Below the pieces are notes generated by a model. That model worked only from the letters and a program-made list of their open reading frames with translations, made no database searches and was not told where the DNA came from. From a virus (taxonomy: Duplodnaviria > Caudoviricetes), in the IMG/VR virus record IMGVR_UViG_3300035199_000797, positions 1-59,920 of that record: a stretch of 59,920 nucleotides of DNA; one strand, written 5' to 3'. Shown one piece after another: positions 47,293 through 56,932 of the stretch. A program made the position numbers and the translations under genes. The stretch's first letter is position 1; every line of letters starts with the position of its first letter.

Positions 47293-48255
47293 ATGTCTTT
47301 CACAATCACGATCGGAGGGCAGACTTTCACGGAGGCCAACTTTGCCGGCTTCGCGTACGCCGATGAAACGGCCGGGTTCCCCATGGCGTTGCAGAAGATG
47401 GTCGAGCACGTAGCCAATGCATTCCGCGGCACCGCGACCGACAGCGTGACGGTTGGCGCAGGGGCAAAGCTCTTCACAATCACGAATGCAAACGGGCAGA
47501 TCCCGGCCTTTGATGTCGGCATGCCGGTGCGCGTGGCCCGTACTGCCGATCCGTCCGGTACCTATATGCAGGGCGAGATTACCGCGTGGAACCCAACGAC
47601 CGGCGCCACGACGATCAATGTCTCGTCCAAGGTTGGATCCGGCACTTTTACCGACTGGACGATTACGGTTGGTGGGTATCAAACCTTGGCGACCGCATCG
47701 CCACTTGGCTTGGCTGACGGCGGCACCGGTGCTGCTACTGCCCCTGCAGCCCTGGCTAACTTGGGTGCTGCCAACCATGACAACATTGTCGTTGACGCCA
47801 ACGGCATAATGAGCTTGCCCACACAGCCTGCGTTCCTGGCGACATTGTCGATCAATGCGAACGTGACAGGCGATGGCACCAACGCAACGGTGTCATTCAT
47901 AAATGAAATTAAGGATGCAAATAACGACTATGACGGCACCAACACACTAACGGCGCCGGTGCCGTCGGCGTGGGCGTTCTCCTTTGCTGTCACGTTGGAT
48001 GATATCGGGGCCAGCCATGTCCGGGCAATCGCTACCCTGGTGACAAGTAACCGGACGTATTCATTTGGCGAGATAAATGCGGCTGCCGTCGCGGAGGCGC
48101 AATCGACAACGGATAGGGTGGTTTTAAAGGGGTCAGTTGATTGCGCGGATATGGATGATAACGATACGGCGGTCGTCAAAATTAATGTTTTTGGCAGTTC
48201 AAAGGTTATTGATTTGGAAGATGGTTTTTTCTCCGGCCATCAGTTGTTGTCATAA
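47293..48255 (+). CDS. Tail fibre / receptor-binding protein
   Basis: LADGGTGAAT..ALANLG motif; C1q-like C-terminus (QPAF...FFSGH). Confidence 0.7.
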   Translation: MSFTITIGGQTFTEANFAGFAYADETAGFPMALQKMVEHVANAFRGTATDSVTVGAGAKLFTITNANGQIPAFDVGMPVRVARTADPSGTYMQGEITAWNPTTGATTINVSSKVGSGTFTDWTITVGGYQTLATASPLGLADGGTGAATAPAALANLGAANHDNIVVDANGIMSLPTQPAFLATLSINANVTGDGTNATVSFINEIKDANNDYDGTNTLTAPVPSAWAFSFAVTLDDIGASHVRAIATLVTSNRTYSFGEINAAAVAEAQSTTDRVVLKGSVDCADMDDNDTAVVKINVFGSSKVIDLEDGFFSGHQLLS

Positions 48256-48261
48256 GGGAAA

Positions 48262-48555
48262 ATGAAAATGCCTTTACTTGTTGTGGAAATAAGCGATGCC
48301 GATCTGGCAATCGTCGAGCATGTTGTCGTCGAGGCCCAGGCGTGGCTGGCGGCGGCTATGGCTGGAAAAATCGCCGCCTGTAAATCGAGGATGGCGGCCG
48401 AGGCGATGAGCGTGTTGAGCGACGATGCGGCCGTCGATGCGATGCCGGCATCGACCGACGGTTTAATCGCGGCGTTGCAGGCGCGGCCGAATTATAAGAA
48501 CCGCGCCGGCCGCGAGGCGGTGTTGGTTGATGCCAAACCGCCGCCGGTGGCGTAA
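48262..48555 (+). CDS. Hypothetical protein, possible fibre chaperone
   Basis: RBS; follows the fibre gene. Confidence 0.5.
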   Translation: MKMPLLVVEISDADLAIVEHVVVEAQAWLAAAMAGKIAACKSRMAAEAMSVLSDDAAVDAMPASTDGLIAALQARPNYKNRAGREAVLVDAKPPPVA

Positions 48556-48628
48556 TGCTGGGGTTTGGTGCCGAGCTGGGCAAGGTCTTGGCGATCAAGG
48601 CCAAGGTTCCGAAGCCGGAGTGAGAATC

Positions 48629-48934
48629 ATGCGCATCCTGACCCTGGCCGCCGCACTGGTGGCTTTTTTTATGCCCGTTCTGGCCCAGGCCCAAGTCCCG
48701 CCGGCGGCAGTTTGTGGTGAGCGTGACGGGTTCCTGGCCCATTTGAGCCGGACCCACAACGAGGCTCCATCCGCCATGGGTATCACCGCGTCCGGAAGGG
48801 TCCTGGAGGTTCTGACCTCGGCCAACGGCACCTGGACCATCATCATTACTCACCCCAACGGCATTACCTGCATGGTGACGGCTGGGGAGGCCTGGGAAGA
48901 CCTTGAGCGGGTAGCGGAGGGGCCGATCACATGA
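48629..48934 (+). CDS. Small secreted phage protein
   Basis: Signal peptide; CGER...GTWTII...C..AG.W. Confidence 0.7.
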   Translation: MRILTLAAALVAFFMPVLAQAQVPPAAVCGERDGFLAHLSRTHNEAPSAMGITASGRVLEVLTSANGTWTIIITHPNGITCMVTAGEAWEDLERVAEGPIT

Positions 48935-49197
48935 TGGACCGGGATGAGATCCAGGCGATTTCACAACAGGCGGGCGTCGCCGCGGCCCACAGCGTCATGC
49001 GGGACACCTGGCGCCTGCTGGGCGTCGACATCGATGACCAGGCCCAAGTCAACGAGTTCCGCGCCGATCTGATCCATGCTAGGCGCTGGCGCAAGATCGT
49101 TGATGCTGCCGGGCGCAAGGCGGTGCTGACCGTGCTGACCGGAGCGTTGGCGTTGGTGGCGGCCTTGGTTTGGGATGCGCTGAAGCCTGGCGCTTGA
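48931..49197 (+). CDS. Small membrane protein, lysis-associated candidate
   Basis: C-terminal TM; ATGA-coupled. Confidence 0.55.
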   Translation: MMDRDEIQAISQQAGVAAAHSVMRDTWRLLGVDIDDQAQVNEFRADLIHARRWRKIVDAAGRKAVLTVLTGALALVAALVWDALKPGA

Positions 49198-49270
49198 GGA
49201 GCGGTTCTGCTTAGGCCCGCATAGTCGCTGTCAGGTTGCGCACTGGCTGGTTGGCCGATAACCTGCAAAG

Positions 49271-49540
49271 ATGGATTTGCGGGAGGCATATGAGGCGTTT
49301 AATTCTGCCGTGAAAACGCTTGACGTCGACAATCTCGACGACGGTGAATTGCGCCAATACCTGAAGGCCGATACACCAACGCTCTACGAGATCAAGTTTG
49401 CCATGGCTAGCTTACATGATGTAGTACAGTTTGCAGTCGAAAGAAGGGTTTCTGCGGCGCCGGCGCGCTGCCACCCGACATTAAGCCAAAGAGCAAAACG
49501 CTCACCTATTCTGAAACTCAATAAATTTGAAAGACCCTGA
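49271..49540 (+). CDS. Hypothetical protein
   Basis: First ORF of a lower-GC three-gene insert. Confidence 0.5.
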   Translation: MDLREAYEAFNSAVKTLDVDNLDDGELRQYLKADTPTLYEIKFAMASLHDVVQFAVERRVSAAPARCHPTLSQRAKRSPILKLNKFERP

Positions 49541-49573
49541 CGACATACGACGAAGATCAGTTAGAGGAATTCA

Positions 49574-50359
49574 GTGGCGAAGAAACGACGCGCTAAAGGG
49601 CGGTTTAGAGACTTCATTGGGGGGCAGGACACCGCTGAGGGGATTCTGCCCCTGACCCATATCACACGTGCGTTCTCGTTCGATGATATGTTGGACGGTG
49701 ACGGTCTTGAGCCCGAGCCCTGCGATGTTTTCGGCGAGGAACTTATCTATCTCTTTTATGGCCGGCCGGCTTATCGGGCAAGAGATGGTTCCAACGCGCG
49801 ATTGGAGTATTCATGGCCAGTTGTTTTCATTTTCGACCCCAAAGAAGTTCAAAGCGTAAAGCGCGTATTTCCTTTCGACACAGGAGCTTTCAAGAATGGA
49901 CGCTATAATGGATTCTTCGACGAACGTAATGTAAGGAACGATTTTGAATTGCATCCGACTATAGAAAGTGCCCGCCAAATTGTTGGCACATTTTACCAGG
50001 ACCATACTGAATATTTCACGGGCCTATCAAGGAAGAACGTAGATCTTCCAATCCGCCAATTCGAAGCGCAAGGCATTCATGAAATGGCAAAATTACCTGG
50101 GGATAGCCGTGACGAACGATCCTCGGCAATTGAAGTCCAGATTAGCGATTTTATCAATTTCAGGGATAGCCTTTTGGCTATAGTAATTCCGGATGTCTAC
50201 CTTGACGATTCCGAAACTATATCCGCTCTTAAAAATTGGCAGATCGATTTCGACAACATTAGGACCTATCAAACGCTGCACAACATGGGCGGGGAAGCAT
50301 GGATTGGTCAGATTTATGCGATCGTTAGAAACCTTTACGAAAAATTGGGGTACCTCTAA
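49574..50359 (+). CDS. Putative ADP-ribosyltransferase-fold protein
   Basis: LTHIT...GLEP...IYLFYGRP...VFIFD...AIEVQ, resembling H-Y/S-E ART strands. Confidence 0.4.
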   Translation: MAKKRRAKGRFRDFIGGQDTAEGILPLTHITRAFSFDDMLDGDGLEPEPCDVFGEELIYLFYGRPAYRARDGSNARLEYSWPVVFIFDPKEVQSVKRVFPFDTGAFKNGRYNGFFDERNVRNDFELHPTIESARQIVGTFYQDHTEYFTGLSRKNVDLPIRQFEAQGIHEMAKLPGDSRDERSSAIEVQISDFINFRDSLLAIVIPDVYLDDSETISALKNWQIDFDNIRTYQTLHNMGGEAWIGQIYAIVRNLYEKLGYL

Positions 50360-52605
50360 TGATATCAACGAATAATTCAGAGTTCAGCCATCAAATCGCT
50401 GACTCGTTGGTGCAGAATGGGCGGCTCGTGGGCTGTCTGCGGCTGGGTGGCAAATCGCCGAGCGCCGTGTTGCCGGTATTCATCGACGCCGATAATTTGG
50501 ACGCTCCAATGCTTCTCTACCAGCGAATTGATGAGATGGGCCTAGTTCTTAAATTTGTCGAAGACCGAGACCTTAATTCGAACCAATTACTGAGTGTGGA
50601 GAATACGGGCCAAGACCACATAGTGGTTTCCATCGGCGACCCCGCTGCGCAAGCCTACGAAATCAATGAAATGAATGTGTTCGTGGCACAGGGCGATGTA
50701 TTTCGAGAGCGAATGAGTGCTGCTCTCGATGATGAGACTTTTTCGGGAAGGCCCTTTACCGGGCTTGGAGTTGCGCGTTTTCTCGGCGATGCTGCTGCCG
50801 AACGACGCTATCTAGAGGCCTGCAATCATGCTCTCTCCACATACACGCCACGTATGGCACAAGCCGGGCGAACCTCGACGGATATGGGGAAAATTGTTGT
50901 CGGGTCTGCCGGTGAATCCGAACCGAGCACAGAAAATGAACTAGGAACAACAGAGGAAATACCCGATGGAAATCAACGAATTGTTAGTGCTGCGATCAAT
51001 TTCCACAGAAAATTTGCGGATATGCCACGCCTCGTTGCAGATATCGACCCGCCCGTCAGGCAACGTTCCGTACAGCCGAATTTTCGCAATCTAATAAGCG
51101 CGACCACCAACCTGAAAAGCGCGCTAAGGACTTCGAGCTCCCTGCCAGCCATATTTCCATTGGTCGAAGTTGAGGAACTTCTCGAAACCATTCTGCTTTT
51201 TCCAGACAGCAGCCCTCAAGAACTTCCGACCCTACTTCAAGCGGCGGAGAGTGTTCTGTCGGACCTGCGTAACGAGTATGTCCCGCGAAATCCCGCGGAT
51301 GGCGACGACAAAGAATTGCCGGGTTTTGGAAACCTGCGCCAGGCGGCGAGTGAGGTTGTCGCGGAATTGCGGGGAGTATTCTTGAGATTAGACCCGGTCG
51401 TTGTCGCGGCGACGACACCGACCAGCGAGGAATTAGCGGCGTTCGCCCCAGAAGCAGGGCAAGTCGACTTGTTGGCCGAAGTGGTCAACGACACGCGTGA
51501 GGCGGACGCGGCGATCGAGCGCGGCAAGAAAGAAATTGAGCAAAACAATTACCACCTCGTCGGCATCAACATCACTATCAAGTTAAACGATCTTAAGATC
51601 GGCGATGCTCTGATCCGTGCCATCGCCAAGTTGGACATGGTGCGTCTGCATTGGCTCGAGAAGCTGGGTGGAAGCCTGGCCAAGGCTCCCGAGGCAATAC
51701 TAACATTGGCAGAAGCATTGCCACCTGCTCTCGGTGCAATCGAAATTGTCGCCAGAGAACTGAGAGAGGGGACTGCCAGGATCGCATCTCATCTCAATCA
51801 GTTATCAAGTGGCACGACGCAATTGTCACATGGAATCAGACCTGATCTTTCTAGCTTCCGCGACGCTGAGTGGTCGCCGGAGATGGTGGTGATTCCCCAG
51901 GGGACATTCCTGATGGGGTCGCCGGTGGGTGAGGAGGACCGCGATGATGATGAAGGTCCGCAACACGATGTGGCAGTCAGCGGCTTTGCGCTTGGCCGTT
52001 ATCCGGTCACGTTCGAGGATTATGATCGGTATTGCGAGGCGAAGCGGATCGAAAAACCCGGTGATGAAGATTGGGGCCGGGGCCGGCGGCCGGTGATCAA
52101 TGTCTCGTGGGAGGATGCCCAGAATTATATCATATGGCTGAACGAGACCCTTGAGTTATCACTGGGCACCTATCGCCTGCCGTCCGAGGCTGAATGGGAG
52201 TACGCCTGCCGGGCGGGGACGGCGAGCCGTTATTCAGGCGGTGACCATGAGGCAGAGCTAGACGCCCAGGCCTGGGAGACGGAGCTTGACGCCCATGCAT
52301 GGCATAGGGAGAACTCGGATTCAGGATCCCATCGGGTGAGCGAGAAGCTTGCCAACCCCTGGGGCCTTTTCGACATGCATGGCAATGTCTGGGAATGGAC
52401 CGAAGATCGCTGGCACGACAATTATAATGGCGCTTCAGGTGATGGCTCTGCCTGGATTGCAGGTAACGACAAACTCCGTGTTCTTCGCGGCGGCTCTTGG
52501 AACAACGGCCCTAGGAACCTGCGCGTGGCGGCCCGCAACAAGGAGGGCCCGGAGGAGCGCTACTTCACCGTGGGCTTCCGCCTTGCCAGGACGCTTTCGC
52601 GCTAG
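50359..52605 (+). CDS. Multidomain protein with C-terminal FGE-sulfatase (C-type lectin fold) domain
   Basis: FLMGS, YRLPSEAEWEYACRAG, NPWGLFDMHGNVWEW, RGGSW, GFRLAR. Confidence 0.9.
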   Translation: MISTNNSEFSHQIADSLVQNGRLVGCLRLGGKSPSAVLPVFIDADNLDAPMLLYQRIDEMGLVLKFVEDRDLNSNQLLSVENTGQDHIVVSIGDPAAQAYEINEMNVFVAQGDVFRERMSAALDDETFSGRPFTGLGVARFLGDAAAERRYLEACNHALSTYTPRMAQAGRTSTDMGKIVVGSAGESEPSTENELGTTEEIPDGNQRIVSAAINFHRKFADMPRLVADIDPPVRQRSVQPNFRNLISATTNLKSALRTSSSLPAIFPLVEVEELLETILLFPDSSPQELPTLLQAAESVLSDLRNEYVPRNPADGDDKELPGFGNLRQAASEVVAELRGVFLRLDPVVVAATTPTSEELAAFAPEAGQVDLLAEVVNDTREADAAIERGKKEIEQNNYHLVGINITIKLNDLKIGDALIRAIAKLDMVRLHWLEKLGGSLAKAPEAILTLAEALPPALGAIEIVARELREGTARIASHLNQLSSGTTQLSHGIRPDLSSFRDAEWSPEMVVIPQGTFLMGSPVGEEDRDDDEGPQHDVAVSGFALGRYPVTFEDYDRYCEAKRIEKPGDEDWGRGRRPVINVSWEDAQNYIIWLNETLELSLGTYRLPSEAEWEYACRAGTASRYSGGDHEAELDAQAWETELDAHAWHRENSDSGSHRVSEKLANPWGLFDMHGNVWEWTEDRWHDNYNGASGDGSAWIAGNDKLRVLRGGSWNNGPRNLRVAARNKEGPEERYFTVGFRLARTLSR

Positions 52606-52778
52606 CGAAAGCTTACCCCCTGATCCTTTTCTTCTTTACCCCTTGGGATGAGGACCGAACGTGGCGCCTGTGGCGCCGCGAAAGCGGACCGCAAGGGGCG
52701 AAGCCCCCAGCAACTTGAACTCGTCGGCCGGCAACGCTGCCGGCCCCTGACGTCGAAAACGATCACAACTTCACCAAC

Positions 52779-52800
52779 GCCGCCCACCGAGGCGGCTTTT
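52779..52800 (+). terminator. Rho-independent terminator
   Basis: GCCGCC-CACCGA-GGCGGC-TTTT. Confidence 0.6.
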
Positions 52801-52816
52801 CTCATGAGGTAACACC

Positions 52817-53269
52817 ATGCTCTCTCTCCTCGGTTCCCTATTGGGTTTCGGCACCTCGTTCCTGCCCAAGGTGATGGACTATTTCCAGGACCGCCAGGAC
52901 AAGGCGCATGAATTGAAAGTGATGGATCTGCAGATGCAGGCGCAGACCCAGGCCCATACCCAGCGCCTGGAGGAAATCAACATCGATGCCGATATCCGCG
53001 AGACGGAGAGCCTGCACCGCCACGACCGCAAGGCCGGTATCGCCTGGGTCGATGCCCTGCGGGGCTCCGTGCGCCCGGTCGTGACCTACGTCATGGTGCT
53101 GGAGTTCGTGATCATCAAAACGGCGGTGATGTATCTGACATTTGATGCTGGCGGCGTGACGCTGGCCACGCTGGAGGTGGTGTGGGACGAAGAAACCCGG
53201 GCCCTGTTCGCCGCCATCCTATCCTTCTGGTTCGGCCACCGGGCCCTGAAGAGTTTCTATCTGAAATGA
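52817..53269 (+). CDS. Holin-like membrane protein
   Basis: VRPVVTY...FWFGHR; coupled to the lysozyme gene. Confidence 0.7.
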   Translation: MLSLLGSLLGFGTSFLPKVMDYFQDRQDKAHELKVMDLQMQAQTQAHTQRLEEINIDADIRETESLHRHDRKAGIAWVDALRGSVRPVVTYVMVLEFVIIKTAVMYLTFDAGGVTLATLEVVWDEETRALFAAILSFWFGHRALKSFYLK

Positions 53270-53709
53270 AGACCAACGAAGCCGGCCTGGCGATCATCAA
53301 GCATTTCGAAGGCTTCTCGCCGGCGCCGTACCTGGACCCTATAGGCATCCCTACCATCGGCTATGGCTCGATCTGGGGCTTGGATCTAGCCAGGGTGACC
53401 ATGACGCATCCGGATATCAGCGAGGGCGATGGGGAGATCCTGTTGGCCCGGATGCTGCAACATACCGAACGGGCGGTGCGGCGGCTGATCCGTGTGCCGC
53501 TGTCCGAAGGCCAGTTCTCCGCCCTGGTGTCGTTTACCTACAACCTGGGCAGCGGTAATCTGCAGGCCTCGACCCTGCGCCAGAAGGCCAACCGCGGGGA
53601 CCTGATCGGCGCGGCGGACGAGTTCCCCAAATGGCGCCTAGCCGGCGGCCGAATCCTGCGTGGCCTGGTGCGGCGGCGGGCGGAAGAGCGGGAGCTGTGG
53701 TTGGGTTGA
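53266..53709 (+). CDS. Endolysin (GH24 lysozyme)
   Basis: IKHFEG..PYLD..PTIGYG; SFTYNLG; GLVRRR..E. Confidence 0.95.
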   Translation: MKTNEAGLAIIKHFEGFSPAPYLDPIGIPTIGYGSIWGLDLARVTMTHPDISEGDGEILLARMLQHTERAVRRLIRVPLSEGQFSALVSFTYNLGSGNLQASTLRQKANRGDLIGAADEFPKWRLAGGRILRGLVRRRAEERELWLG

Positions 53710-53797
53710 TAGTGGCGGTTTCAAGTAACTTGATACAGGGACGCTCGGCCCACTGGATGGCTCCTCGACGGAGTACCATTATCAGTTACAGTCTTGT

Positions 53798-54892
53798 TTA
53801 TTCAGCCGTTGCTCTGGTGTCGTGCTCTTCCAGATAATCTTCGGCTGCCTGATACAAAGGTGAAGGCGTTGTGAGCATCTTAATCCATTCCCTCGCAGTG
53901 GTGGGCTTCGTTGGCGAAATCGGTTTTATTTCTCGAAGCTGATCTTCGGCACTTTTGTCCCTTTTGCTCTCTGGAAGCTGTTCCGCTTCTGCGGCAGCAG
54001 AGAACCAGAACGCTCTCATCCCGCCAGTCAATATTTCAGCCATAGCCATGCCGTAATGAAACGCCGCACTCTCGTTCAGAGAAACTAAATATTGTGTCAA
54101 ATCGCCCTTGACATCAAAATCGTATATATCCGGCAATCCTGTGAAAGTATTTTCACTTTTGGATTCAAATATCAGAATGCCGATTAGGTAAAAATTATTA
54201 TCCACGCCCTGGAATCGTATTGGAAAGACTAGAATAGATTTATAGTAAGATTGCCAATCATCTAAATGGGATTTATATATGTTTGCGTGCTTCCGAAGGT
54301 TGTTGCTTACAAAACATTCCAGTGATGGCCAGTCGACGATTGAATCGCCAACACCGCAAATGGATGCCCACGCAGAATCTTCACCAATTTTTGGCTGCAC
54401 CAGCGGAAGAGTACGACTTCGATCCGGGAGCGGTCGTGAAGAAGCTAGTATTCCGACTGACGCCTCCGATAAGTCCTTGGTGCCCTCGCTAACGGGTAGA
54501 ACAACCTCGATCCGGCAGTTGATAGTGCTCGTATCAACGTTCAATAAAGCCGCCATCGCGCGCGCAATCCCTTCACATAAATCATTGGCGGATTCGACGG
54601 CTAATACATGGTTCCTTTCAAGGAGATACTTTTGGAAAATTCGGATATTTGCAATCACATCACTCCGAAACAAAGATATTGGCCGAAGTGTCGCTCGGCG
54701 TATAAACGGCCCAACGAATCTATGACCACCAATCAATTGGGCAACCCGAACGACGATATCCACCAACCCCACACTTTCTCTGCCGACGCCTGATGGTGTG
54801 TTGAGGCTCAGTGCCGATGCTCCTTCGGAGAAAAAGGGACCTTCTCGCACAAGTGCGTCTCGGGTCTCAATAAGGAATGATTTCAGTCCCAT
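53798..54892 (-). CDS. Hypothetical protein with GAF-like domain
   Basis: YKSILVFPI...LIGILIFES pattern. Confidence 0.55.
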   Translation of the reverse strand: MGLKSFLIETRDALVREGPFFSEGASALSLNTPSGVGRESVGLVDIVVRVAQLIGGHRFVGPFIRRATLRPISLFRSDVIANIRIFQKYLLERNHVLAVESANDLCEGIARAMAALLNVDTSTINCRIEVVLPVSEGTKDLSEASVGILASSRPLPDRSRTLPLVQPKIGEDSAWASICGVGDSIVDWPSLECFVSNNLRKHANIYKSHLDDWQSYYKSILVFPIRFQGVDNNFYLIGILIFESKSENTFTGLPDIYDFDVKGDLTQYLVSLNESAAFHYGMAMAEILTGGMRAFWFSAAAEAEQLPESKRDKSAEDQLREIKPISPTKPTTAREWIKMLTTPSPLYQAAEDYLEEHDTRATAE

Positions 54893-54893
54893 C

Positions 54894-55190
54894 TTAATCT
54901 TGGTCCCCGTCGATTTTGCCGCCTATCTTCACCAAATTACCCACAATAAAAGGTGCTGCGGCGCCAGCCACAACCGCTCCCACCGATCCTGCAATTTGCC
55001 CGGAGTCCCAAAGCATCCATGCTAAGAAGCCGCCGATGCTTATTCGTATCAAGCCCGCTACATATGTCGGGAGCCTTGTATATGCGATTGGCCACTGGCC
55101 GTGGCTCTGAGCGACCCGTGTCCATAGCTCAATGCCTTCGACTATCCCGCCGCCAGCAAAGCCACACAATATGACGCTATACCATTCCAT
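54894..55190 (-). CDS. Small 3-TM membrane protein
   Basis: Gly/Ala-rich TM helices; 1 bp from the next gene. Confidence 0.65.
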   Translation of the reverse strand: MEWYSVILCGFAGGGIVEGIELWTRVAQSHGQWPIAYTRLPTYVAGLIRISIGGFLAWMLWDSGQIAGSVGAVVAGAAAPFIVGNLVKIGGKIDGDQD

Positions 55191-55521
55191 GCGCCGTTAA
55201 ATTGACATTCTCCAGTCACTCTCCAATTTTATGATGATGTTATCCAATATGCGCCCCTGTGGATATGATTTTTACCGTCAACCTTTGTTGGCTCGAATTT
55301 CGTACCGGCTGGTCATGTAGCGCTGAAGATGGTTTTGGCTATAACTGCAGTGTCGATAGCCTCAATTTGTAGCGTAGGTGTCATTGACCAGGTAATTGCG
55401 GGCGCGGTCACAATCGACCACACTCCTGTCGCGGAGTTGATCAAGAATTTTAAGGGCATTATCAAGTTCGAAGCTTAGGACGATACCTAGTTTGCTTATT
55501 AGGCCGCCCTGCCCCTGATCT

Positions 55522-55719
55522 TCAATGCACCGCCCCCTCAACCTCCACGTCCTGCAACTCCTCAACAGCCGCAAGAACCCGCCGCCAAACCGCCCGGCCG
55601 TCTAAGTCCCCCTTATCCAGCATCTCATCCACCCGCATGCCGGCGTGAAAGGCTGCATCTTCGCCGTGCTGATCGATCAACAGCTTGGCGGTGCGGTAGA
55701 TGTCGAGGGTGGAGGTCAT
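55522..55719 (-). CDS. Small conserved alphaproteobacterial phage protein
   Basis: DIYRTAKLLIDQHGEDA...GDLDGRAVWRRV. Confidence 0.7.
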   Translation of the reverse strand: MTSTLDIYRTAKLLIDQHGEDAAFHAGMRVDEMLDKGDLDGRAVWRRVLAAVEELQDVEVEGAVH

Positions 55720-55749
55720 GGGTGGCCCTTCCTGACGACACTCTGGCCG

Positions 55750-56115
55750 TCAGTTTTGACGCTTCTCCGTTTCCGAAATGGTATCGACCCCAATTCTGGA
55801 TTTTGTTTCGTCGAGAGGCACCAAGGCTATGCGAAAGCCCGTTCGAGCATAGCGTTTGCGAAACGCCATATGTATCACCCAAACGCTAACAATAGGCGCC
55901 CAAATGGCCGAAAATACGTTAATGACGACATTACTATGACCCTGCAAGTCATCCACCTCCAGAAGGCCAAGAATTATCCCGGCGATAAAGACCACAATCA
56001 TGCCGCCCACGACTAGCAGAATCACCGTGCGCCACCAGATGAGCCACCAAATCGACAAAACCGCGCCCATCGATAACATGATCTCTTCGTCTCTCAAATC
56101 GGACTGTTCGGGCAT
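55750..56115 (-). CDS. Membrane protein
   Basis: WWLIWWR plus two TM helices. Confidence 0.65.
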   Translation of the reverse strand: MPEQSDLRDEEIMLSMGAVLSIWWLIWWRTVILLVVGGMIVVFIAGIILGLLEVDDLQGHSNVVINVFSAIWAPIVSVWVIHMAFRKRYARTGFRIALVPLDETKSRIGVDTISETEKRQN

Positions 56116-56212
56116 TTTTACTCCTCTTCACCATTAGTAGTGGCGAACGGTTCAAGTTTGCGCAACCGAAAATTTTTGGACAAACCGCCCCCCAGAAAAG
56201 AGGTAACGCCCC

Positions 56213-56932
56213 ATGACGGCCATTGCACCCGCACGCGACATCCACGCCGAATATGCTGCCCTGCAGGACGCCTACGATGCCGAAGAGGCCGCGCTCCGGG
56301 CGAAAGGCTTCACAGTCGCGCCCAAGTGTACCTCCGACTGGCTGGCGTTCATGCGGCTCTATGGCGCCAATACGAACCCATCCTTTGAGCCGTCGCAGGC
56401 AGTGACGGCGGAGAACAGCCTATCGTTGATCTGCCGGGATCCCGATGGCCAGGCGGTCGGAGCGATCGCACTCCGCGCCTATGACATGGCGGATATCCGC
56501 GAGCACCTGGTTACGGGGCGTCTGTGGTGGCCAGCCCATGAAGCGATCCAGCACCGGGTTGAATATGTGCTGCCCGGCGACTTCCCGCCCATATCCGGTC
56601 GCGTGGTGCAGATCGGCGGCTTGAAGGTTGTTCGCAATGGGCACCGGATTGGCAGCCACCTCGACGCCATGGCGCGGCTGGCAGCGGCGAGCCTCTTTCA
56701 TGCCGATCACATCGTTGCCATCCGAATGTCGGACAAGGTGGCGGAAATGCCGGGTGACTATTACGGGGCAAGGCGCACGGCGCTGGCGGTCCGGGCCCTA
56801 TCGATCGGCTGCCCGGCGGCGGAGTTTCACCTGACCCATATCAGCCGGGAAGAGCTTCTAGGCGGCCTCATGGATGGCGGCGATGACGACGTGCTGGACG
56901 CAGCCCATATCGTCGGTTACGCCGGTTACTAG
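56213..56932 (+). CDS. GNAT-fold / acyl-synthase-like protein (copy 2)
   Basis: Aligns by eye to 8421-9161 (NPSFEP, RDPDGQAVGAIALR, THISRE); GAGGT RBS. Confidence 0.65.
   Translation: MTAIAPARDIHAEYAALQDAYDAEEAALRAKGFTVAPKCTSDWLAFMRLYGANTNPSFEPSQAVTAENSLSLICRDPDGQAVGAIALRAYDMADIREHLVTGRLWWPAHEAIQHRVEYVLPGDFPPISGRVVQIGGLKVVRNGHRIGSHLDAMARLAAASLFHADHIVAIRMSDKVAEMPGDYYGARRTALAVRALSIGCPAAEFHLTHISREELLGGLMDGGDDDVLDAAHIVGYAGY

Noticed and set aside
50359-52710. Complete DGR
   Set aside because: No reverse transcriptase, Avd or AAC-rich template repeat seen in the window; reported only as a possible remote target.
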